DNA from: Bacilli bacterium
Lineage (GTDB): Bacteria; Bacillota_I; Bacilli_A; RFN20; CAG-826
Assembly: GCA_022641095.1 (NCBI GenBank)
Contig: JALCDB010000001.1
Span: 238,802 to 302,801, forward strand
DNA: 64,000 nucleotides
Direction: 5' to 3'
This document shows positions 17,723 through 25,282 of this stretch, one piece after another. The first letter of the stretch is position 1. Every line of letters starts with the position of its first letter. The notes below the pieces were generated by a model. It had not been told where the DNA came from. It ran no database searches and saw nothing but the letters and a program-made list of their open reading frames with translations. The position numbers and the translations under genes are program-made.

Positions 17723-19549
17723 TTAGCCAATTGAATCATAATCGGTGGAAATGAAACCTAAATCGTATGGATCGTTATTTAATACAATGTCATCAATGCA
17801 TATCCTTCCTTTGTTTCTATCACCAATAGCCTCAGCAGTAGTATAGAATTCTAATCCACAAATCCCTTCTGAGTGTTCTCCAATAAAGCGCTTAATCTCA
17901 TACCTTGAAGTCGATAATCCAAGTGATTTAAGGTCAAAATCAGCTGTGCTTATAGATTGCCACACTCCATTTTTGTTCATTGTTCTGACAACGGCATCGC
18001 CGTCAATGTTTTCAGAAGAACTCCAATATGAAGCGCCAAACATGTACGAATAAATCGGCTTATCCCATATTAGTCTTAAATAAGCTTCTCCAGCGCCAGT
18101 TCTTCTAGGAGAAAGATTAATGTATGAATTTTCAATATATCCACATCTTAAACGTTGAGAGGTAATATTTAATCCTTTAACAGTAATATTTGTTTCACGA
18201 TACTCCTTTCCATCGTCTCCTTCGTCAGCGAACCAGTATCTTTCTTCAAATCCCCAATCTTCCGGCTTAATTTGAATCTTAGTTAAATAATCTTCAGGCT
18301 TATAAAATTCGGTAATGCAATAATAATCATCCCAATAAGGATCGACAGGAGATTCGAAACCAATATAAATAAAATATGTATTTCCAGGGGCGCTTAAAGC
18401 TATGTCCCATTGTTCTTCGGTCAAAGTATACTTATTAGAATAAACGTAAGAATCTTTGTATATTTCGTGGTGATTGTGATCCAAAATTGAGAATGTAAAA
18501 TGCAAAGATAAATTCCTGTGCCATTTCTCATTAAGAAGAGAAACCCATTTATATGTCGGGGTAGTATCCAAATAATTTCCAGAAGTAAGAATGATTTCTT
18601 TAGGAATGCATGCCCAACAAGAGCATAAAGTTTTATTGTATCCAAATTCATCGATATACGTATAATTGTCAGAGTGATGGCTATGATGATCGTCCTTAAA
18701 ATTAAAGGCAACCAAATTGGTATAATCCGTATAACCCATTTGTTCTATTGTTACATGAGTTGAATTGGGACCCCACCCAAAATTGCAATAAATATTATCG
18801 GTTTCTACATCATAGTCATAAGCAACCACCGCATGGTTACCTATACCTAACTTTACAGGGATGCCATCTTCAATGAGCTCTATGGTTTTGTCCCTAACAT
18901 CAGCCGTTGATGAAATTATTTCAACTCTTGATTTTGAATAACCTAAAAAGCCATATGCATAATAATTAAAGAGATTAACGTAGTCTTGATACCCCATGCC
19001 ATATTCACCAGGGTTTCTACTTTGAATGTTGGTATCAAACATATCAATTAACTTAAAGTGAAAATATGTATCGGCATATTCATGAATATTTTGATCATAC
19101 TCATTGATATTTGAAGCAAAAGCTAAATCACTTGTTTCTTGAATCACACCTGGAGCTTCAGCAAAAAGGTCGATATATCCTTCATCAAGATGAGTAGTAG
19201 CATCATAATTTTCTGGGATAATTCCATCATCCCAATAAGTATCCCAAAACGAAAGCAGCATTCCAGTTGCAACAAAGCCACACGACCCTTCCGAGTTTTT
19301 GCCAATATTATTACCAAGTTTATTAAAGTAATAAGTTTGATAATTGTTGGTTAAGAACAACTTGTCTTCATTTTGAGTGGAATTATATAATTCCAATATT
19401 TCTGGATCATATAACCCATCAGCTTCGATTTGCGTAGCATTAACTTCGTGTCCATACGTTATTTCCTGATTGACTGGAACACTAAAATTGTTTATTCCTA
19501 CTGTTCCTAACAAAAACAGTCCCGTAAATAACCAGCCTTTAAAAAACAT
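17723..19549 (-). CDS. secreted papain-fold cysteine peptidase, streptopain (C10)-like, with a ~300-aa C-terminal beta-rich extension
   Basis: N-terminal hydrophobic signal. Catalytic Cys context NSEGSCGFVATGMLLSFWD. His context IGNHAVVAYDYD followed by NFGWGP (compare SpeB GGHAFVIDG...NWGWGG). The 608-aa ORF is intact. Confidence 0.7.
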   Translation of the reverse strand: MFFKGWLFTGLFLLGTVGINNFSVPVNQEITYGHEVNATQIEADGLYDPEILELYNSTQNEDKLFLTNNYQTYYFNKLGNNIGKNSEGSCGFVATGMLLSFWDTYWDDGIIPENYDATTHLDEGYIDLFAEAPGVIQETSDLAFASNINEYDQNIHEYADTYFHFKLIDMFDTNIQSRNPGEYGMGYQDYVNLFNYYAYGFLGYSKSRVEIISSTADVRDKTIELIEDGIPVKLGIGNHAVVAYDYDVETDNIYCNFGWGPNSTHVTIEQMGYTDYTNLVAFNFKDDHHSHHSDNYTYIDEFGYNKTLCSCWACIPKEIILTSGNYLDTTPTYKWVSLLNEKWHRNLSLHFTFSILDHNHHEIYKDSYVYSNKYTLTEEQWDIALSAPGNTYFIYIGFESPVDPYWDDYYCITEFYKPEDYLTKIQIKPEDWGFEERYWFADEGDDGKEYRETNITVKGLNITSQRLRCGYIENSYINLSPRRTGAGEAYLRLIWDKPIYSYMFGASYWSSSENIDGDAVVRTMNKNGVWQSISTADFDLKSLGLSTSRYEIKRFIGEHSEGICGLEFYTTAEAIGDRNKGRICIDDIVLNNDPYDLGFISTDYDSIG

Positions 19550-20129
19550 ACTGTTTGCTCAATTCAAATAAAGTAACAAGATTCTCTAACGAATCACTGA
19601 TAGCCTCTTGATTATTATCAAGAGAAGTTAGGGTCCCCTTAGCGACCTCAGCTTGTTTCACGGAGAAAGAAACATCATACGTGTTTTCTTCCTCGCCTTC
19701 CTCGAAAGCAAATGATACATCGCCCAATTCCCAATTGGCTAAATGTAAGGCTAATACCTCGAATTGAAGTGCCATCGCGATAGAATCGTTATTGAGTTCG
19801 GCTTTCATCTCTTGGCCTTTAAAACGAAGATCGTATCTTTTAGCCCTTAAATCCTCTAAAGAGATTGGAACAGTTTCAAAGTAATATACTATATCTATAG
19901 CATCAGAATTTTGAGGTACCCAATATCTTTCGTGATTATATACTTTGAAGATGTCGTAAAAATTACGATATTCCTCGAAAGTATTAAACGTATAGCGACC
20001 TCTTACTAGCCCGTGTTCTCCGCCTTCAATAACATCAGAACTTTGTGAAACGGATGGAAAATTAGTACATCCTGTTAATAATATTAAAAACGACAATGAA
20101 AATGTCATTGGTATTCGAGTTCTCTTCAT
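19539..20129 (-). CDS. lipoprotein, co-operonic with the cysteine peptidase
   Basis: Start at ATG 20129. Signal peptide and lipobox: MKRTRIPMTFSLSFLILLTGC. Its 3' end overlaps the peptidase start by 11 nt. Confidence 0.65.
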   Translation of the reverse strand: MKRTRIPMTFSLSFLILLTGCTNFPSVSQSSDVIEGGEHGLVRGRYTFNTFEEYRNFYDIFKVYNHERYWVPQNSDAIDIVYYFETVPISLEDLRAKRYDLRFKGQEMKAELNNDSIAMALQFEVLALHLANWELGDVSFAFEEGEEENTYDVSFSVKQAEVAKGTLTSLDNNQEAISDSLENLVTLFELSKQYVF

Positions 20130-20224
20130 AAATCTCATCATCCCCTTTAAACAACTACAAAATGACGATTCGTTGACTAAATTTAGTATAGCAATAATTG
20201 TTAGCGCTTTCAAATTTTAGTACT

Positions 20225-20530
20225 TATTCTTTGCTGTTGCAGTTTTTAGTGTGTTTATCCCAGCCTCAATCTGAGTGGTGATTCAAGTATCGAGGTCTCC
20301 GAAGTTCCTGCTAATGTACTCTTTGATGTCATAGTTAAGCTGGGCAAGAACGATGTCTTTAGCCTTGTTGAGTGCAGTGATTTGAGCGTCTTTAACAAAC
20401 TCGCCTTCTTTCTTTGAAACTTCAACATAGGTCTAGAACACGCACTTTACGACATCCAAGACTATGGTAGTAGCCTCAATCAGGCACTTCTCGGTCTTCT
20501 TGTTATCAATCTTGCTGGATATCCACTTGA
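20225..20530 (-). pseudogene. phage LL-H-family-holin-like protein remnant (in-frame TAG and TGA, N-terminus missing)
   Basis: The minus frame reads ...KKTEKCLIEATTIVLDVVKCVF*TYVEVSKKEGEFVKDAQITALNKAKDIVLAQLNYDIKEYISRNFGDLDT*ITTQIEAGINTLK. Confidence 0.4.
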
Positions 20531-20800
20531 TGAGCAAGTGGATTATATATAGTCCACTTTTTAAAAAACATACATGCGTATGTATTGATGTAATAAATAA
20601 TGTCGGTTTGTATAAAATCGTTTAACGAGTGCAACCCCTAACACAATCCATTTAACGAGTGGGCCATATTTTTCTCTAAAAAGTGCATAAAAATTTAATT
20701 TAGCATGGTCTGCATCGGTTTCTTATTAAAAAAATACGATATACGCCGTTATTGGCACAAAAAAGCGACACCCATTTGTATCACATTTATCGTTCTAATA

Positions 20801-20857
20801 TGGTGCCCCCCAGCCGGACTCAAACCATCGGATCCCTACCAGCAAAGAATTTTGAGT
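20801..20857 (-). repeat. diverged partial copy of a tRNA-Leu(CAA) 3' half (att scar)
   Basis: tggtgccccccagccggactcaaacc...gaattttgagtc parallels the 3' end, T-arm and anticodon loop of the tRNA at 23087-23173. It is preceded by the same catttatcgttctaata flank as the copy at 22446. Confidence 0.6.
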
Positions 20858-20862
20858 CTGAT

Positions 20863-21351
20863 TCAGTAGAAAAAGCCGTCTTCAATCAGGAGTTTCAATA
20901 GAGCCAACAGAGACTTCCCATCTTTATCGTTTGGCAAGGAAAAAGCGAATCCGATATCTTTTTCCTTTGAGGCAAGGATGTTCTTCCGATATTGATCATC
21001 ACTAACGCCTTTAACGTAATAAGTCGAAAGATAATCGACGACTCCGAAAGCCTCAAACGCATATCCTTTCAATTGCCCGATGCCAAAGCCAAGAGCGTCT
21101 TCCCTTTTCAGTTTCGTGGAGACAGACGCGCCTTCCTTGCTGATTTCGATATCGCATAAACCATAGATGCTTATAACCGGTATGGGGAAATATTCGATCT
21201 GAAAACCCCCATTGCCATCTTTGGCGTAGTGACCATTAAACCAACCGTCTGTGATTTTATAACGACCTTTTAAAAAGCCTAATGAAGAGACAACTTCTTT
21301 GCGTTTCGAATCTAACGGTTTATAGAATGAATTCAATTCATCGGTATTCAT
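20863..21351 (-). CDS. hypothetical protein (162 aa)
   Basis: Intact ORF between the two att scars. No motif was recognised. Confidence 0.45.
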   Translation of the reverse strand: MNTDELNSFYKPLDSKRKEVVSSLGFLKGRYKITDGWFNGHYAKDGNGGFQIEYFPIPVISIYGLCDIEISKEGASVSTKLKREDALGFGIGQLKGYAFEAFGVVDYLSTYYVKGVSDDQYRKNILASKEKDIGFAFSLPNDKDGKSLLALLKLLIEDGFFY

Positions 21352-21812
21352 GGTCTTTTTTGCCTAACACTCAATTACTATATATTACTTCTGCATCCAT
21401 TGGTGCGATTGTTGAAAAAGCGATCGGATTTCGTCCTTCCAAGGCAAAGCCTTTGCGTCTCTTCCGTCTGATGAAACGGCAAGAAACCTGATCGAAAACC
21501 CCCGAAAATCCGCTCAGCGGCATCATGAAAAAAACGCCAAGACTTCGTTGCCTCGGCGTTCATCGAATCTCGCGATGGAACCGCACGACACATTTGATAC
21601 AAAACGCACCCCTATCAAAGCAAACAACCCCCAAACACAATATATGGATCAAAATTATTATCAACGGGCATTCATACATAATCAGTTCTTTAATGAAGTG
21701 ATTGGGACGACATAAACACCATCAGGTCTTTTATATGCTGCATTAGACAGCCCACAAATAACACATAGTGTTTTAGCTGACTTTCCTCCGGTTTTCTTTA
21801 TATCGTTATCAA

Positions 21813-21880
21813 TTCTGTTCCGAGTGTTTTGCCAATTTTGTTCCGAGCGTTTTGCAAATTCTGTTCCGAGTATTTATTGC
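21813..21880. repeat. three tandem 23-bp direct repeats (TTCTGTTCCGAGYGTTTTGCMAA)
   Basis: Copies at 21813-21835, 21836-21858 and 21859-21880. They are contiguous with no spacers. Confidence 0.7.
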
Positions 21881-21936
21881 TTTTTTATATTATAAACCAT
21901 CAAAATTATCCCAAGATGCACTGAATCTTCATTAGG

Positions 21937-22116
21937 TGTTCTTCTTAATAGAATGATTTTTCTATGCCGCACTCTTTTACTCCAAGCCTAAGTCCTTCTT
22001 CATTTTTATAGGCAGAAGCTATATCAATATGAATATAACCAACGCTTGCAGCGTCTTTTACGCATCTTGCGGTATCTTCATTTTTGATTTGCCAAGTGCT
22101 AAAACCGATTTTTGGT
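21937..22116 (-). pseudogene. aldo-keto reductase N-terminal fragment (~58 codons)
   Basis: The minus frame reads PKIGFSTWQIKNEDTARCVKDAASVGYIHIDIASAYKNEEGLRLGVKECGIE, the AKR N-terminus including the catalytic D...Y, and then truncates. It is preceded by a 23-codon stub resembling an IS3 OrfA start (MKYTSEFKIDCVNKYKE). Confidence 0.5.
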
Positions 22117-22445
22117 ACTTAAAATTCGTTCTTTATACTTGTTAACACAATCAATTTTGAATTCTGATGTGTATTTCATGAAAATACCCCTTTCCTGTTT
22201 TTGTCCAGGATTAGGGGTACAATTCATCGGTAAGATTTTTTAATCGAACTGCACGATATATTTGATACAAATGCACTCCCTAGCATAATCCATTTAACGA
22301 GTGAGCCTTATTTTCATCTAAAAAAGACATAAAAACATCGATTTTAACACGATCAAATTTACCTATTAACTAAAAAAGCCACTATATAGCGCCATTTTAT
22401 ACAAAAAAATATGACACGATTTGTGTCATATTTATCGTTCTAATA

Positions 22446-22504
22446 TGGTGCCCCAGGCCGGACCCGAACCGGCACGAATTATTCATTCATTGGATTTTGA
22501 GTCC
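22446..22504 (-). repeat. 59-nt direct copy of the 3' part of tRNA-Leu(CAA) (att scar)
   Basis: Identical to 23087-23145 except for one base (gacccgaacc versus gactcgaacc). It diverges right after the anticodon-loop region. Confidence 0.85.
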
Positions 22505-22640
22505 CTTGAGTCTGCCAATTGTCGTTTGACTTTGGATTAAGACAATGAAGGCTTCTCCAGAAGGCATCGGAATTCCCGTCGGAAGCTCCCTTTTTAAGCC
22601 CCTCTCGTTTGACGTTGTTTTAAGGCGTTTTTGGAGGTCG

Positions 22641-23027
22641 TGCGAGAACATCATGCGAGAACGTTTCCGAAGAATCCAACGGATACGGCATCGGATGGCA
22701 TTATGCGAGAACAAAGGCCGGCGTTATATTGGCCTAACCTCTGCCCGAAATCATTATAGGCAATATGGTAAATACATTTAAATAATATTGCGTTTTGCTG
22801 TAGAACTTTAACATTTTTGCTGAGGTTCTACATCATTTCCATGGTTTGCGATCAAAAACGGGCAAAGCCGAGACTTCAGCCGTCTCCGTTCTCGCATAAA
22901 TGCAGTACTCATAATGTTTCGTGCGCGACATTCCTACGCTCGTATGCCCACGTTTGGGTGGACGATTTTTCCGCAATCCGCTTTCCGACCCCGTTTTCGG
23001 GCCTCATGTCGGAGATCATGCGAGAAC
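22641..23027. promoter_or_regulatory. cluster of five ATGCGAGAAC decamers (four direct, one inverted)
   Basis: Copies at 22641-22649, 22653-22662, 22703-22712, 22888-22897 (inverted) and 23018-23027, all within the 582-bp spacer between the tRNA and its nearest partial copy. Confidence 0.4.
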
Positions 23028-23086
23028 ATCAAGGCATACATAATCAAAAATAAAACGCCGGTAATCCAGCGTTTGTCCAATGTCTT

Positions 23087-23173
23087 TGGTGCCCCAGGCC
23101 GGACTCGAACCGGCACGAATTATTCATTCATTGGATTTTGAGTCCAACGCGTCTACCATTCCGCCATTGGGGC
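23087..23173 (-). tRNA. tRNA-Leu (anticodon CAA), type II with a long variable arm, encoded CCA
   Basis: The reverse complement reads GCCCCAATGGCGGAATGGTAGACGCGTTGGACTCAAAATCCAATGAATGAATAATTCGTGCCGGTTCGAGTCCGGCCTGGGGCACCA. D-loop, anticodon loop CUCAAAA and T-loop GGTTCGAGTCC are present, with one 7:66 mismatch. Confidence 0.9.
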
Positions 23174-23343
23174 ATTTTATAGAGGCTTCACCTCTATTTC
23201 GGCTTAATGATTATGCTACGCTTTCAAAAGAGTTTCCACCCCCGTTTTGGGGTTTTGTCAATCGCGTTTGTCTTACCGGTTTCCATGGGGTTGCCGCGAA
23301 AAGGCGCCTAGGCGAGGAAAAAGCCATAAAAAGAGGCGTTTCT

Positions 23344-24975
23344 CTATTTGACGTATGTCGTCAACTCGCCAGCGTAAACGATGGACCCCACCGTGACGAT
23401 GGCCTTGAAGTCATAGTTATCCGAAGCGGAAAGCACTTGGCCCGTATGAATATTGACGTACCAGCAATCGTGATCGAAGAACGAACTCAGGAGAACGTGC
23501 CACTCCGCGCCCAGGTCCCCGGTTATCCCGATCTGGATGGTGGCCTCGCCCGAACGGATCTTGTCGCCGATGAAGGGATCGACGCCGGTTTCGGTCCTAA
23601 CATAATAAATGATGTTCCGAGCCCCGTCCTGATAAGCCTGGATGTTGAGCGGAAGGCCGCCGGAAGGCAAAGCCAAGGCGATGCCGTCTGGGTCCGATTT
23701 CGAAGCGCTGCTGATAGTGTTCTCGCCGTTGATCCGATTCACCTGCAAGGCATAGCTGTACCGGGAATTGGAATAAACCTTGCCGCCATAGGTCCCGCCC
23801 ATGGCCTGAAGGAAGAAATAAAAGGTCCCGTTTTCGGAAATCTCCGGAATCCGCTCGCCGTTATCGATCGCGCGAGGGAAGCCAGACACAAAATCGCCCG
23901 AAACGTCAATGGCGTACACGTCGATCGAATAATCGGTCGTGGTGAAGGTGATGTTATAGTACGTCTCATCTTTCTCATCTTGGTCAGTGTCCTCCTTTGC
24001 CACGCCCATCTGAAAACCGGAAGGGGCGACCAACTCCCCGGGCTTGCCCTCGGTGGTTATTTTCTCGTCGGGAACAGGGACCTGATTGGCGTTCGTCTCG
24101 GTTATCTTGACCGAAACGCTGAGAGGCGAATCCAAATATCCGCCTTCGCCGCCCATGGCCTGAAGATAGACGTAATAATCGCCCGTTTCCTTGAAATTAG
24201 GGAAACTGTAACTGTTGTCGATGGCACGCGGATAGCCCGGGACAATCGACCCATCCGCCAGGCAGGCGAAAAGACGGTAGCCGCTTTGGTGGCCGGAAAT
24301 GACGCCTGGAGGAAGCGTTTCGCCGGTGGAGAACTGAAGCTGCCAGCCATAGCCGATCGAGGTGACTTTGATGTTGGTCGGGGCGGGCAGGTTGTTGCCC
24401 GAAGGAACCTCGACGGCAGGAGAAACCACGCCGGTGGCGTTTTTCTCCGTCAGGGCATATCCCTCAGAGAGGGGCGACTGCCCCACCGCGTTCCTCGCTT
24501 GGATCTTTATGAGGTAATCGCCGTTGGTGGGGAAATGGCTTATCACGCCGCCGTTAGCGATGGTTTTGGGAAAATGCCCTTGAAGGGCGGCGCCTTGATA
24601 GGCATAAACGAGGTAGGACGTCGCGCCAGAGACTTCCTCGAAATTTATCTGGTAACCATTCCTCACTCCGGTGACGACGATTCCGCTTGGGGCGACTAGC
24701 GTTTCGGGAAGGGAAGAAAACGATGACGAGCTTGAAGAGCCATCCGAAGAGCCGCTGGACGAAGATCCCGCGTAAGAAGAGGAAGACGAAGATACCCCCG
24801 ATGAATCGGAGGAAGAAGACGAGGCGAGGCCGCCGCCTTGGGAAGAACCGGAAAGGCCTGAATCGGTCGACGAAGACGAAACTGACGAAGGAATAGGAGC
24901 CAAACTGACGCTACCACAGCCGCTTAATGCCAAAAAGGAGGCGGCAAACAGTCCCAAACGAGAACATTTTTTCAT
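23344..24975 (-). CDS. surface lipoprotein with a Ser-rich linker and four FN3-like repeat modules
   Basis: Start at ATG 24975. Lipobox: MKKCSRLGLFAASFLALSGC. A long S-rich tract follows. Repeated modules carry G(Y/F)PRAIDN...GDYY(V/L)..QA(M/R) motifs. Confidence 0.7.
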   Translation of the reverse strand: MKKCSRLGLFAASFLALSGCGSVSLAPIPSSVSSSSTDSGLSGSSQGGGLASSSSSDSSGVSSSSSSYAGSSSSGSSDGSSSSSSFSSLPETLVAPSGIVVTGVRNGYQINFEEVSGATSYLVYAYQGAALQGHFPKTIANGGVISHFPTNGDYLIKIQARNAVGQSPLSEGYALTEKNATGVVSPAVEVPSGNNLPAPTNIKVTSIGYGWQLQFSTGETLPPGVISGHQSGYRLFACLADGSIVPGYPRAIDNSYSFPNFKETGDYYVYLQAMGGEGGYLDSPLSVSVKITETNANQVPVPDEKITTEGKPGELVAPSGFQMGVAKEDTDQDEKDETYYNITFTTTDYSIDVYAIDVSGDFVSGFPRAIDNGERIPEISENGTFYFFLQAMGGTYGGKVYSNSRYSYALQVNRINGENTISSASKSDPDGIALALPSGGLPLNIQAYQDGARNIIYYVRTETGVDPFIGDKIRSGEATIQIGITGDLGAEWHVLLSSFFDHDCWYVNIHTGQVLSASDNYDFKAIVTVGSIVYAGELTTYVK

Positions 24976-25193
24976 AAGATACCCCATCGATTAGGAAATC
25001 GGTTTCTTAATTTATTTTATCTGATTTCGGGCCAAAGTAAAGGAAAGGCCGCAAAAGCCACGGAAGAGTTCCGCCTCCAGCAAGGGCCATTCGAACTTGC
25101 GGATTCAAAGGAAAACAAAATCCCCCACTTAACAAAACACCGTTTGCGAAGCATCCATCGACTTAAATGTTTAAGTATTGATTAAATGTGACT

Positions 25194-25243
25194 TGTTACC
25201 GCTTACATTTTATCGTTGACAGCCATTTTGCCAATGCTAAACT
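25194..25243 (+). promoter_or_regulatory. cre/LacI-type operator plus sigma-A-like promoter of the 508-aa lipoprotein gene
   Basis: tgttaccgcttaca (25194-25207) has the reverse complement TGTAAGCGGTAACA, which fits TGNAANCGNWNNCA. TTGACA (25216-25221) is followed 16 nt later by TAAACT (25238-25243). AGGAGG precedes the ATG at 25283. Confidence 0.45.
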
Positions 25244-25282
25244 TGTTGTACTTAAACGTATAGGTAGGAGGAAGAAAATACC

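Larger units (their letters stand above)
12650..23086. mobile_element. AT-rich, degenerate integrated element(s) or prophage remnant abutting the 3' end of tRNA-Leu(CAA)
   Basis: Composition drops abruptly relative to both flanks. The region contains phage-type genes (HNH, an LL-H-like holin remnant), many pseudogenes, and two direct partial copies of the tRNA-Leu 3' half (20801-20857, 22446-22504). No integrase was recognised. Confidence 0.55.

Noticed and set aside
21813-21880. CRISPR array
   Set aside because: The three 23-bp repeats are contiguous with no spacers, they are imperfect, and no cas genes are present in the window.
22545-23053. ORFs 22545-22781 and 22817-23053 (78 aa each) as genes
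   Set aside because: There is no RBS and the composition is odd. Their apparent similarity (CENIMRE, CENK, CENIK) simply reflects translation of the repeated ATGCGAGAAC DNA motif.
12650-23086. Alternative genetic code (stop-codon reassignment) as the explanation for in-frame stops in island genes
   Set aside because: All three stop codons (TAG, TAA, TGA) occur in-frame together with multiple frameshifts. The intact 608-aa island ORF uses TGG for its many Trp residues and terminates normally. Decay is the simpler explanation. Only a single TGA-at-Trp hint in the holin remnant is kept, as a low-interest note.
20200-23086. Integrase or recombinase gene adjacent to the tRNA att sites
   Set aside because: I read all six frames by eye and found no tyrosine-recombinase (R..H..R..Y) or serine-recombinase motifs. 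Only short stubs are present (IS3-OrfA-like, AKR, holin-like).
23080-24699. 539-aa plus-strand ORF
   Set aside because: It starts inside the tRNA-Leu(CAA) gene and runs antisense to the repeat lipoprotein gene. Its composition is typical of a shadow ORF.
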